A stretch of 64,000 bases of DNA from NCBI GenBank assembly GCA_025353585.1, contig JANXOM010000279.1, positions 18,009 through 82,008 of the forward strand. The letters run 5' to 3'. The translations under genes were made by a program, and so were the position numbers. This DNA is from Deltaproteobacteria bacterium (GTDB lineage Bacteria; Myxococcota_A; Polyangia; Haliangiales; Haliangiaceae). The notes beneath the pieces were generated by a model. That model did no database searches and was not told the origin of the DNA. It saw only the letters and a list, made by a program, of their open reading frames with translations. Below, in pieces: positions 10,972 through 20,305 of this stretch (within the stretch, counting starts at the first letter, position 1; the number at the start of each line of letters is the position of its first letter).

Positions 10972-13244
10972 AACTGGTAGCTGACGGTGGCGGTGGCGGT
11001 GAGGGGGATGCCCGGCGTGAAGTGCATCTGCTCGAACGACGGCGAGGTCGGCGTCACGGCGGAGGTGTCGGCGAACTGCGCCTCGCGCCAGTCGCTGTCG
11101 AGGAGGTTGTTGACCGTCAGGTTCAGCCCGAGGTTCTTCGCGAGCTGCGTGCCGGCCATCAGGTCGAAGATGAAATAGCCCTGCGCGGTCAGCGTGTTCG
11201 CGTCGTTGCCGGGGCGATCCGCGATGCCGCGGCCGCGCAGCGCCACGAACGAAGCGCCATGCGTGTACGTGATGCCGCCCGAGCCCATCAGCTTCGGGGC
11301 CAGCGCCAGCGCGCCGCCGTTACCGTGGTTCGCGACGAGCGTCGAGTGCGCGAGGCTGGCGTTCGCGTCGAGCCGAAGGCACGAGAACGGGGTCCAGCTG
11401 CCCTCGAGATCGACCCCGTAGCGCTGCGTCGCGCCGCCTGCGTCCGTGCCGCCGTCGTCGCCGCTCCACACGAGCTCGCTGGCGAGGTGTAGATACCAGA
11501 GGTCAGCCGAGAATCGGGTGTGGGGGATGACCGTCGTCCGCACGCCGGCCTCGGCCCCGAGGGCCCGGGCGAGCGCGCCTTTGCCGCCCGTCACGGCGTT
11601 GCTCCGCGCGTCGTTGCTGTGAAAGCCGTAGCCGCTGTTGGCGAAGAGGTCGAGCTGCGGGGTCGCCTCGATCTCGACCGAGAGCTTCGGCGAGACGATC
11701 GCCGCGCCCGCGCTGCCGCCCGTCGTGGTCGCCGGCTCGGTGCGCGTGGCCGGGTCGAGGTCATCGACGTCCCAGACGAACTGGTCGAAGCGCAGGCCCG
11801 GCAGCACGTGGACGCCCGGGAACACGTGAATATTGGCCTCGGCGTACAGGCTCTGGTTGCGGATCCGATCGTACGTGTTGTTGCAGGGGTTCGACGCCTT
11901 CTCGAAACAGCCGGTCAGCCGCTGGCGGTCCTTGTCGTGCCAGAGCCCCGTCTCGACGTCATCGTTGCGGCTCTGCGCGCCGACGGTGACGAGCGTGTCC
12001 ATCGAGCCGAGATCGAAGCGGCGGTCATACGCGAGATTGGCGCCATAGATGAAGCGCGCGTCCGTCTGCTCGATCTCGTCACCGTTCACGGGGTCGCGCG
12101 CGAACAGCGTGAAGTCCGAGTACAGGCGCAAGCGATAGCCAATGCCGTACGCCATCGCGCGCCACGTGCCGCCCTTGTCGTCGTGGACGGAGTAGCCGAG
12201 CTGCAGGCTCGTGCGCGAGGTGTCGCCGCCTTCGCTCGGATCGAGGGAGCCGAACCGGCTGATCTGCCCGCTGGCGACCGCCGACTCGGGCACCTGGCCC
12301 GAGGCGTTCCACTTCGACTCGTACCACATCATCTCGATCCTCAAGCTTCCGCGCCCGACGTCGCCCGCCCACTTCGCGAGCGCGTTGCCCTGGCGAAAGT
12401 GCTGCGCGTTGTCAAACGGGCCGTCGGTGTCGCCGATCTGCACGGCCATGACGGACTTGTCGGTCGGGTTGTCGCGGATCGATGGGCTCGCCATGCCGAC
12501 GATGCGTCGGTTGTACTGATCGAACGCCTTCGGCCCCGCGAGGGGGACACCGCCCGCGATCCAGAGGGTCGGGCCGTCCACGTTGTCGAGCGTCCTGAGC
12601 TCCATCGCGCCGGCGGTGTAGAAGTCGCCGAAGCGCGCGGAGTACGGGCCCTTGTGCACGTCGACGGCGTCGATCGTCTCGGGGATGAGGAAGTGGGTGT
12701 CGGCGTAGCCCTGGCCGTGGCCGTGGCTCGGCATGTTGACGGGCATGTCGTCGGCGTAGATCGCGATGTCGGTGCCGTGGTCGGCGTCGAAGCCGCGGAT
12801 GAAGTACTGGTCGGATTTTCCGCCGCCGGCGTGCTGCGAGACCATGAGGCCGGGGACCTGGCGCAGGATGTCGGAGACCTGCGTGCGCGAGCGGAACTGC
12901 AGGTCGCGACGGTCGAGGTGGACGGAGGAGGCGGACTCGGCCGGGGCCGTGTCGATGATCTCGATGACCTCGCCCGCGGCGGCGGATGCGGCGGCGGCGA
13001 GGTCGACATCGGACAGGCCGGCCGCGGAGCCGCTGCCGGAGCCGGAATTGGAGCCGCTGCCGGAGCCGGAACCGCTATCGGAACCGGAACCGGAACCGGA
13101 ACCGGAGCCGCTACCGCTACCGCTACCGGAACCGGTGTCGGGTTGATTGTCGTCGGGGGATGGCTGGGCGTACCCGGCCGGGATCGATGCATATGCGATC
13201 GTGACGCCCGCGAGGGCGCCCACGATCATCTTGGAAGTCGACAT
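10968..13244 (-). CDS. TonB-dependent outer-membrane receptor with a long Gly-Ser linker after the signal peptide
   Basis: Signal peptide, (GS)n tract, plug region (ILRQVPGLMVSQHAGGGKSDQYFIRGFDADHGTDIAIYADDMPVN), beta-barrel ending VSYQF. Confidence 0.9.
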   Translation of the reverse strand: MSTSKMIVGALAGVTIAYASIPAGYAQPSPDDNQPDTGSGSGSGSGSGSGSGSGSDSGSGSGSGSNSGSGSGSAAGLSDVDLAAAASAAAGEVIEIIDTAPAESASSVHLDRRDLQFRSRTQVSDILRQVPGLMVSQHAGGGKSDQYFIRGFDADHGTDIAIYADDMPVNMPSHGHGQGYADTHFLIPETIDAVDVHKGPYSARFGDFYTAGAMELRTLDNVDGPTLWIAGGVPLAGPKAFDQYNRRIVGMASPSIRDNPTDKSVMAVQIGDTDGPFDNAQHFRQGNALAKWAGDVGRGSLRIEMMWYESKWNASGQVPESAVASGQISRFGSLDPSEGGDTSRTSLQLGYSVHDDKGGTWRAMAYGIGYRLRLYSDFTLFARDPVNGDEIEQTDARFIYGANLAYDRRFDLGSMDTLVTVGAQSRNDDVETGLWHDKDRQRLTGCFEKASNPCNNTYDRIRNQSLYAEANIHVFPGVHVLPGLRFDQFVWDVDDLDPATRTEPATTTGGSAGAAIVSPKLSVEIEATPQLDLFANSGYGFHSNDARSNAVTGGKGALARALGAEAGVRTTVIPHTRFSADLWYLHLASELVWSGDDGGTDAGGATQRYGVDLEGSWTPFSCLRLDANASLAHSTLVANHGNGGALALAPKLMGSGGITYTHGASFVALRGRGIADRPGNDANTLTAQGYFIFDLMAGTQLAKNLGLNLTVNNLLDSDWREAQFADTSAVTPTSPSFEQMHFTPGIPLTATATVSYQF
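13026..13134. repeat. GGA/GCC-type hexanucleotide microsatellite encoding (Gly-Ser)n inside the receptor gene
   Basis: Runs of ggagcc/ggaacc/gctacc units encode SGSGSGSGSGSGSGSGSDSGSGSGSGSNSGSGSGS. Confidence 0.85.
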
Positions 13245-13315
13245 GTAACCTTCGGCAACAAGCAGGCGCGCACGGACCCGAGAGGCCCGCGAACGCGATC
13301 ATTGAATGGGTGGGT

Positions 13316-13786
13316 TCAACCGGCGCGCCGCGCCGGTGGCCCACGCGCCGCGGCGCTCGGCACGCTCGCCGACACCGGCGTCGCCACGCTGGCGATCGCG
13401 ACGCTGCTCGGCCTCCGATCGACCGGCAGCGGCGCGTGCAGCGGCACGGCCGGCGCGGTCACCGCGAGATCATGGTGCGCCATGCTGCCGTGCGCGTGCC
13501 CGAGCGCGCGGGCGAGCCGGGCATGCGGATCCGGCGCGTGGCGCGTGGGCGCCGGCGTATCGTCCGCCGCCGCCGGCACGACGGGCTCGCCGTGCTCGTC
13601 GACCTCGGCGTCGCGATCCTCCATCTCGACCGCCACGATGACGCCACCCTCGTGCCGGTGCGGCGCGAGGTACGCGTGCACCGCCACGTGCACGAGCGGC
13701 ACGAGCTCGAACCCGACGACCCACAGCACGCACGCGACGAGCGCGATCCGCGCCCTCACCTGCCCCGCGTGCGTCCTCGTCGCCAA
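13316..13786 (-). CDS. His-rich membrane-anchored protein, unknown function
   Basis: One N-terminal TM (IALVACVLWVVGFELVPLV) followed by HVAVHAYLAPHRH and later GHAHGSMAHH. Strong GC3 bias in this frame. Directly upstream of and co-directional with the receptor. Confidence 0.6.
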   Translation of the reverse strand: MATRTHAGQVRARIALVACVLWVVGFELVPLVHVAVHAYLAPHRHEGGVIVAVEMEDRDAEVDEHGEPVVPAAADDTPAPTRHAPDPHARLARALGHAHGSMAHHDLAVTAPAVPLHAPLPVDRRPSSVAIASVATPVSASVPSAAARGPPARRAG

Positions 13787-13852
13787 GCCTACACAGTACG
13801 ACCCGCCCGGCGCCGCAGACCAGTCACGTCTCGACTTTCCGCGCCATCCCGG

Positions 13853-14143
13853 TCACGACTGCACGCGCAGCCTCGACAGCTGCGCCCGGATCTCGTCATC
13901 GACCGCCCGGGCGAAGCGACGTGATCGCCAGGCGACCAGATGAGCGATGACGCTCGCCGCGATGACACCCGCCCAGGCGAGCGAGCTCGGGCCACGGGTT
14001 GCCGCGGCGACGGCATACGCGACGTTGCCGGCCAGGACGGCCCCGAGCAGGACGCCTCCTTCGGACCGCGCCCGCCGCGCCCGCGCCGCGAGGACGGCGA
14101 GCGAGCTGAGCTGGGTGGCCAGAGGAGTCACGGAGGGCGTCAT
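13853..14143 (-). CDS. possible small two-TM membrane protein
   Basis: Only the C-terminal 96 codons (from MTPSVTPL) of the 215-aa track ORF look coding by GC3 bias and hydrophobic segments. No family recognised. Confidence 0.35.
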   Translation of the reverse strand: MTPSVTPLATQLSSLAVLAARARRARSEGGVLLGAVLAGNVAYAVAAATRGPSSLAWAGVIAASVIAHLVAWRSRRFARAVDDEIRAQLSRLRVQS

Positions 14144-14518
14144 CGGGGCAGAGCGGGCGTGGTTGCAACGTCCGCGCCCGGCCGCGTGCCTCCACACGAC
14201 GCGCGGACCCGGCGCCGGTTCGACGTGTCGTGCAATCCGCCCACCCGCCACTCCGCGGTCGTGCAACGTGCAACGCGCGGCCGCGCAGCGCAGCGAGACG
14301 ATGCTCGCCGCGTGGAGCCTCGAGCAGGGCATCGCCGCCCGGTTGCTCGGCGACCACGCGCTCCGCGCCGCCGGCCCGGCGTTACAGATAGATCTGCGTC
14401 CCGATCTCGACGGCAAGAGCCCGTGTAGCGACTCGGCAACCTTGCCCATGCGGCCGTCGCCACCCGCGCGAAAGCCGTGTCCGAGCTCCTCGTAAGTCAC
14501 GCCCGCGAAGACGCGGTC

Positions 14519-15779
14519 TCAGGGCGGCGACGGGTAGTTTCGGCTGACGAACGCGAGGCCGTCGGAGTTCAGGTGGCCGAACGTGCTACGGTTGTACTGG
14601 TCGTAGTCGTAGAAGTCGCGGATCGACGTGCCAGGGTTGCCCGTCGGATTGACCGGGACGCCGAGCGTGTCGAACGTCATCGCGCCGGTCGTCGGCGGCG
14701 TGTAGCCGGCGAGGCAGGTCCGCCACGGCAGCGGCTGTCCGAGGCCATCGACGAACGGCTTGAACGCATAGCCCTTGAAGTCCTCGAGGACCGCCGTGGG
14801 CGTCGTGGTTGCGCCCGCGTACTTCGACGCGAACTCGTCGAAGTGCGCCGGCGAGTCGTGCACGAAGCTCTCCCACAAGATGTGGTCGATGTGGAACGTC
14901 GTCTGCGCGACCGTCGACTGGTTCTGCACGGTGTGGAGGCCGCCGCTGGTGCTCTTCGTTCGGGAACGCGGCGGCGGGATCGTTGTCCGGGTTCTGGGCG
15001 TTGATGTAGGTCGTCGGCGCCGCGTACCCGAAGCGGAACTTGATGGTCGTCGGGATCTTCGTGAAGTCGTAGCCGGCGATCGTCGAGGTGCAGGCGGTAC
15101 CCTTGAAGGTCGCCGTGCCGACGAGGAGCGTCGTGTAGCCCTTTTGGATCATCTCCTGGTAGTCGGTCAGGTCCGCCGCATCGAGGTTGATGTTCTTGGC
15201 CGATGTCGTGGCCTTCACGATCTCGAACCCAAACGCGTAGCGCACCGTCGGGTCAAACGCAGCGCCGCCGTGCTTGTTCTGGCCGGTCAGCGCGCCCACG
15301 GCGACCGCCCGCTCGTCACCTCCGCCTTTGCCGATCAGCGGGCCGCCCTTGTGGAGGTCGACCGCGAACGGGCCATCGACCTCCGCGACGACCGCGCCGG
15401 TCTGCGATTGATCCGTCGGCGATTTGTCGGGGTCGTCCGACAGCGTCACGTGGTCGAACGTCGACAGCACGCGATCGAAGTGGATCTCCCAGCCGTCGAC
15501 GAGCGCGAAGTCATCGGGCGTCGCGGGCGGGAAGGCATAGCCGCTCAGCGCGAGGTCCTCGCCGGACGCCGTGACGAGGATGCCGTTGCCCCCCGGATCC
15601 TCGGGCGAGCAGAAGTCCTGGAGGATCCCCATGCCGCTGGTGGTGGTCGTCGTGCACGCGCTCGCCGCGTCCGCGCCGCCGTCGGGGTTACTCGGGTTGT
15701 CGCCTCCGCCGCACGCGCCGGCGGCGAGCGGGGCAAGGACCAGGACGCTGAGTGGGAATGCGAGCTGCAATCGATACAT
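14519..15779 (-). pseudogene. lipoprotein of unknown function, reading frame broken once (apparent frameshift near 14950-14965)
   Basis: N-terminal part (MYRLQLAFPLSVLVLAPLAAGAC, up to ...NPDNDPAAAFPNE) is in the frame of track ORF 14586-15782. The protein-like continuation (KSTSGGLHTVQNQSTVAQTTFHIDHILWESF...NYPSPP) is in the frame of ORF 14519-14929. Text after the junction in the first frame is Arg/Pro-rich noise. Confidence 0.6.
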
Positions 15780-15794
15780 CACGATCTCCTCGGG

Positions 15795-16568
15795 TTATTC
15801 AAACGAGAACTGGTAGTTGTCGCTGCCCGTCGAGCGCAGGCCCGAGAGCAGGTTCTGGCCGGCGTCGGTGGCGTTGTCATCGGGGATCTCGAACGCGGGC
15901 GGGCTCGTCGTCACGGCGGTGAGGGCGGTGAAGTCCACGTTCGCGAACCACGCGGCGGGATCCACGCGGATCAGCAGCTGCCCGCCATCGCGCGGGGCGA
16001 GCGCGATCGCGATCGGCGAGACGATCCGCTGCTTGCAGATCGGGTGCGCGCTCGGGTGCGCGGGGTCGCTCGACGCGATCAACCGGTTCGCGCCGATGGT
16101 CACCCGGCCCGTGAACGGCCGGGATGCGCTCCCGTCGGTCGCGACGCCCGCGACGGCGGCGATCAGCGTGGGGTCCGCGGCCGCGTTGATGTCGCCGCTC
16201 GTGAGCCAGAGCTCGCCGGCCTTGACCTCGTCGTCCGTCCCCTCGCCGCGCGTGGGAAACGTCTGCGGGGTCGCGGACAGCACATCGACGTCGAGCCCCG
16301 CGAGCTCCTCGGCCGTGTACAGGCCCGGCAGGATGCAATTCGTGAACTGCGCACCGGACGTCGGCACGGTCGCGTTCATGTAGATGGCGCCGATATGCAG
16401 CGTCGCCGCCGACAGCTCGACGTGCCAGCCGAGTCCGTTGTCGAAGGCGCGGGTCCCGGCTGCATCGGCGGGCCCCGCCGCGGACACGTCGAAGCTGACG
16501 ATCTGGCCGCCCGTGCTGCTCGTGCAGGCCGTGGCCGCGAGCACGAGGCCGAGCGCGTTGACCTTCAC
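15795..16568 (-). CDS. lipoprotein of unknown function, coupled to the upstream TonB-dependent receptor
   Basis: GTG start at 16568 overlaps the receptor TGA (GTGA). Lipobox LAATAC. 257 aa, beta-rich. The rest of the 793-aa track ORF is overlap noise. Confidence 0.8.
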   Translation of the reverse strand: MKVNALGLVLAATACTSSTGGQIVSFDVSAAGPADAAGTRAFDNGLGWHVELSAATLHIGAIYMNATVPTSGAQFTNCILPGLYTAEELAGLDVDVLSATPQTFPTRGEGTDDEVKAGELWLTSGDINAAADPTLIAAVAGVATDGSASRPFTGRVTIGANRLIASSDPAHPSAHPICKQRIVSPIAIALAPRDGGQLLIRVDPAAWFANVDFTALTAVTTSPPAFEIPDDNATDAGQNLLSGLRSTGSDNYQFSFE

Positions 16569-19087
16569 AGCTGCACCTGCAGCTGCAGCACCACCGTGCG
16601 CGGCGCGCCGGCCGTGAATTGCCGTGCGACCGTGAGCGTGGGCTCGCCTTGATTGTGAAAGTCCGACGCGTAGTTGTACTCGCCGAGGCGATAGCGGTTG
16701 TCGAGGAGGTTCGAGGCCTTGAGGCCCACGGTATAGCGGCGCCAGGTCGCCTGCACCGAGCCATCGAGCGTGAACACCGCGTCGCTGCGCTCGCCGTAGG
16801 GCAAGGCGCGCCGCCCGACGTACGTCACCCCGAGGCCGGCCAGTCCCGTGACGGGCGTCCCGTCGACGTTGTAGTACGGCAGCTCGCCGAACACGACCGT
16901 GTCGGTCCGGGCCACGACGTCCGGGACGTACGGGATCAGGAGCCCGGTATCGTCGAACGTCGACTGGACGACGGTGAGGCTCGCGCTCTGATCGAACCAG
17001 CGGCTGGTCGCGCGGCCCGCCAGCGATGCGCCCGTCCGCGTGGTGCCATTCGCCAGCACGGCCCGTCCGACCGTCTCGCTGAAGATGAGGTCCTTGTCGA
17101 CGTGGGTCCGGAACGCGGACAGCTTGAGCGACGTCGCGACGTCGTGCAGCGACGCCTGGTAGTCGAGTCCGGCGTCGTAGGACCGGATGCTCGCGAACGG
17201 AGTCTTGACGTCCTGCGTGATGTAGGACGGGTCGATGGACCGGACGCCCTCGCCGTAAGCCAGGGAGCCGATGACATTTTTGAGAGGGCCGAAGAGCACG
17301 GCGCCCCGCGGCAGGACCGCCGTGCCCGCCGTGGTCGCGCGCTGGACGGGCTCGCGATAGTTGCCGAAGTTCTCCTGTGATAGACAGCTCGCGTCGCCGG
17401 GCGGATTGTTCGGGGACGGATGCGACACGTCCTGCACCGCGCAGTTGTCGATCGCGTTGTAGCTGAGGAGGTCGGTTCGCCCGCCGCCCCGCAGCGCGAG
17501 CCAGTCGGTGAAGCGCAGGTCGGCCGAGGCGTCGAGGCCGACGTCGCCGAGCGTCGCGTCGAGATCGGTGTCCTTGTGATACGGGTGATCGTTGGCCGCC
17601 TCGTCGCGATACTGGACGCCGGAGGTCCGGTCGAGCCGCGCGAAGTAGCCGAGCTCGAGGTGCTGGGCGCGGTCGAGCCAGGTGTGGGTCTGCCGCATGA
17701 AGCCCGACGCCTGCGCCGTGAGCGCGTCGGATTCGAGGTCGATGAGATCGCCGCGCTGGGGATGGGGCTGCTGGAACGAGGTCTGCTGGTCGAGCAGGAA
17801 GCCAGTGAAGTCTTCCCGGAGGCGCATCGTCTGCCCCGTCAGCGAGAGCTGGTGGTGGTACGTGATGTCGTCGTGGTGGTGGTCGATCGCGCCCAGCACG
17901 AACACGCGCGCGACGGAGCCGCCCTGGCCGAAGTCGTAGGTGTCGTAGAAGCCCTTGCGACCCGCGTCGTAGTCGTCCTCGCGGATCACGCCGGCCGAGT
18001 GGTAGTCGCTGATGTACGCGCCCGACGTCAGGCGCCACAGGCCATGCTTGCCGACCTTGGCCTCGACTTGCCCGAGCGCCGTCGCGCGCCGCGCGTCGCG
18101 GTTCTGTCCGAACCCGCTGGTCTGGTAGACCTCGACGCCCCCGAACGTGTGCGGGCCATCGCCGGGCGGGCCCCACAGCAGGAGGGCCCGGCTCGTGCCG
18201 AACGAGCCGGTCTCGTACGACGCGAACAACCCACGCTTCGCGAGCCCGAGCTCGTAGTCCGCGCTCCCCGCGACGGCGAAGTTGCCCTGGCGCGGATCGT
18301 ACGGCCCCTCGACGACGCGCACGGACTCGACGAGCTCCGGCAAGATGAAGTGGAGATCGGCGTACCCGTTGCCGTGCAGGTTGCCGACCTGGTTCACCAC
18401 GTCACCGCCGACCCGGAGCTCGATGTCCTGGCCCTCGCGCGCGTCGAAGCCGCGCAGGAAGATCTGCTCGGCGTGGCCTTCTCCGCCTTCGTTCGTGAGC
18501 AGGAAGCCCGGCGCGAGCTGGAGGAGGCCCGCCGCACCCTCCTTCCGGGGCACGGCGGTCGCCATCTGGCCCACGTCGATCCGGTAGTCCGCGGCTCCCG
18601 TGCTCGGCGGCTTGGTCGCCGTGGTCGGGGCGAGCTCGTCGTGGATCGTGATCACCTCGGCCGCGGCCGTGGCGGCGGCCGTGGGCTCGAAGTGCACGGT
18701 GACATCGAGGCTACTCGCGGTCGCGACGCCGTTCGTCGTCGCCGGCGCAAACGCCCAGCCGAGCACCGCCCCCTCGGCGACGTCATCGAACGGCGGGTTC
18801 GCGGGCGAGCGGACGTGCGCGTTGCTCGGCTGACCGGCCGCATCGACGTCGACGCGGACGGATACGTCGACCGGCCGGCGGCGGGCGACCGGGACGTCGG
18901 GATAGATCGGCGGATCTCGGCGCGTGACGACGGCGAAGGACGGCAACACGTAGACCGGGCGCGCCGGCGCACCGGTCGCGTCCGCGCTCGGCGCATCGAT
19001 GGGCACGCCTGCGTCGACGGGTTCGGCCCGGGCCACCGACGATGCGGCGAACGTGAAGATGATGATTGCGATGAACAGTCGATTCAA
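16565..19087 (-). CDS. TonB-dependent receptor with an N-terminal TonB-C-terminal-like domain
   Basis: TTG start with GGAG 5 nt upstream gives signal peptide MNRLFIAIIIFTFAASSVARA. Residues about 40-130 (PPIYPDVPVARRRPVDVSVRVDVDAAGQPSNAHV...VLGWAFAPATTNG) look like a TonB_C fold. Plug region (LLQLAPGFLLTNEGGEGHAEQIFLRGFDAREGQDIELRVGG) is paralogous to the 10968-13244 receptor. Confidence 0.85.
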   Translation of the reverse strand: MNRLFIAIIIFTFAASSVARAEPVDAGVPIDAPSADATGAPARPVYVLPSFAVVTRRDPPIYPDVPVARRRPVDVSVRVDVDAAGQPSNAHVRSPANPPFDDVAEGAVLGWAFAPATTNGVATASSLDVTVHFEPTAAATAAAEVITIHDELAPTTATKPPSTGAADYRIDVGQMATAVPRKEGAAGLLQLAPGFLLTNEGGEGHAEQIFLRGFDAREGQDIELRVGGDVVNQVGNLHGNGYADLHFILPELVESVRVVEGPYDPRQGNFAVAGSADYELGLAKRGLFASYETGSFGTSRALLLWGPPGDGPHTFGGVEVYQTSGFGQNRDARRATALGQVEAKVGKHGLWRLTSGAYISDYHSAGVIREDDYDAGRKGFYDTYDFGQGGSVARVFVLGAIDHHHDDITYHHQLSLTGQTMRLREDFTGFLLDQQTSFQQPHPQRGDLIDLESDALTAQASGFMRQTHTWLDRAQHLELGYFARLDRTSGVQYRDEAANDHPYHKDTDLDATLGDVGLDASADLRFTDWLALRGGGRTDLLSYNAIDNCAVQDVSHPSPNNPPGDASCLSQENFGNYREPVQRATTAGTAVLPRGAVLFGPLKNVIGSLAYGEGVRSIDPSYITQDVKTPFASIRSYDAGLDYQASLHDVATSLKLSAFRTHVDKDLIFSETVGRAVLANGTTRTGASLAGRATSRWFDQSASLTVVQSTFDDTGLLIPYVPDVVARTDTVVFGELPYYNVDGTPVTGLAGLGVTYVGRRALPYGERSDAVFTLDGSVQATWRRYTVGLKASNLLDNRYRLGEYNYASDFHNQGEPTLTVARQFTAGAPRTVVLQLQVQL

Positions 19088-19206
19088 GCGGTCTCCTGAC
19101 GTCACGTCTCCGGACCACGGAGACACGGACGACGACGCACCAGCCGCACTCCGAGCGAGGGCTCGGGCGACAGAGCGCGCGTAGGACGGGCGGGGCCCGC
19201 TACGCG

Positions 19207-19614
19207 TCAGGCGAACGCGGGAGGCGAGGTCTTGGGCGCGTCGGTCAGGAGCCGAACGCGACCGTTCGTGCGCGCGGCGACGAGAGCGAGCACGCAATCG
19301 TGCGGGCGGACCGCCGGCACGAGCGCGGGGGCGCCGCTGGCCTTCGCCGCCGCCTGATGCGTCGCGAGATCGACCGCGCAGCCCCCGTCATCGGCGTCGT
19401 GATCCCCCACGCGACCGTGGATGTCCGGACACTCGCCCTCGACGTGGGCGCCGGACATGGCCTGCGCGTGGAGCATGACGCCCGTGCGCTGGTCGCGGAT
19501 GTGGAGCCCGTCCGCTTGATGCTTCAGCCCGAGGACGCCGCCCAGCAAGAGCGCGCACGCGACGGCGAGCGCGAGTGCGCGCGTTGCCGTGTTGCGAGCG
19601 AACCACTGATGCAT
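19207..19614 (-). CDS. small membrane-anchored His/Cys-rich protein (paralogue of 20306-20671)
   Basis: 135 aa from MHQWFARNTATRALALAVACALLLGGVLGLKHQ. Shares LGGVLG(L/M)(K/R)H...D.RTG..(L/R)HA and the C-terminal APKTSPP motif with the protein at 20306-20671. Confidence 0.7.
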   Translation of the reverse strand: MHQWFARNTATRALALAVACALLLGGVLGLKHQADGLHIRDQRTGVMLHAQAMSGAHVEGECPDIHGRVGDHDADDGGCAVDLATHQAAAKASGAPALVPAVRPHDCVLALVAARTNGRVRLLTDAPKTSPPAFA

Positions 19615-19691
19615 AACGATTGCGTCAGGCTGTCCGAAGCATCGCGGCGTGTCAAGCGTTCTCGCCCCGCTCGACGCCGCGCGGGCGCTAC

Positions 19692-20114
19692 TCAGCCGCA
19701 GGCATCGCAGAGCCCGCGAACGTGGACCTCGACGTCTCGGCGCTTGACGGAGCGCGGGGCCTTCGCGGCCGGGCCTCTCACCTGCATCGTGGGCAAGCAC
19801 TGCATGACGCCGCAGCCGGTGCACACGAAGTGGGGATGCGCGGCGGCGTCGTGTCCGACGCGCACGAGAGCGAATCGCCAGACGTGGTCGCCGACGTCGG
19901 CGCGCCGCGCGAGCTGCACGTCCACGAAATCAACGAGGTTTCGGTACAGGGTCGCGGGGTCGAAGCTCGTGGCGAGCTTCGCGCAGACCTCCGCGTGCGA
20001 GACCGGCTGCTCCGTCATGGAGAGTAACTGGAGCACCGCGACCCGCGAGCTCGTGGCCCGCAAGCCGCGGGTTCGAAGCTCCTCTCGGAGCTCGGTGGCG
20101 CTCGGCGTTCGCAT
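19692..20114 (-). CDS. Fur-family transcriptional regulator
   Basis: 140 aa. Winged-helix N-terminus (LRATSSRVAVLQLL), HPHFVCTGCG and C-terminal GLCDACG (two CxxC pairs). Confidence 0.85.
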   Translation of the reverse strand: MRTPSATELREELRTRGLRATSSRVAVLQLLSMTEQPVSHAEVCAKLATSFDPATLYRNLVDFVDVQLARRADVGDHVWRFALVRVGHDAAAHPHFVCTGCGVMQCLPTMQVRGPAAKAPRSVKRRDVEVHVRGLCDACG

Positions 20115-20305
20115 CGTCGCAAGTTACTGCGGGCTGACCGCACGTGCAATCGAGTCGCATCTGTATCCCCGTGTCAGATCACCGAGCGTAGGCGGATGCG
20201 TGCGACCAGTTGCTATCGAGGTCGTCCGGCGTGTAAAGCTCGGCGCGTGAGCGTGGCGATCCCGCATGGCGCGTCGGCCTCGTCGAGGCTCCCCGCCCCT
20301 CGCGC

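Noticed and set aside
13026-13134. CRISPR array or other spaced-repeat locus (also considered for 10903-10971, 45070-45298 and 63875-63916)
   Set aside because: The units are contiguous microsatellite codons or palindromes, without unique spacers of regular length. No cas genes are present.
13245-13315. Cobalamin riboswitch upstream of the TonB receptors or the BtuF-like gene (also 19088-19206 and 23263-23286)
   Set aside because: The leaders are short (24-120 nt) and I could not find a B12-box-like sequence by eye. An Rfam/Infernal scan would be needed to exclude it formally.
13853-14500. Full 215-aa ORF, including a coding-like stretch just after the lipoprotein stop (DRVFAGVTYEELGHGFRAGGDGRMGKVAESLHG at about 14400-14515, and ALAVEIGTQIYL-stop in another frame)
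   Set aside because: The middle of the ORF is Arg/Ser/Cys-rich noise. The GHGF-containing piece is reminiscent of an alpha/beta-hydrolase C-terminus and may be a gene remnant, but it is too short and frame-broken to support. Only the last 96 codons are kept, at low confidence.
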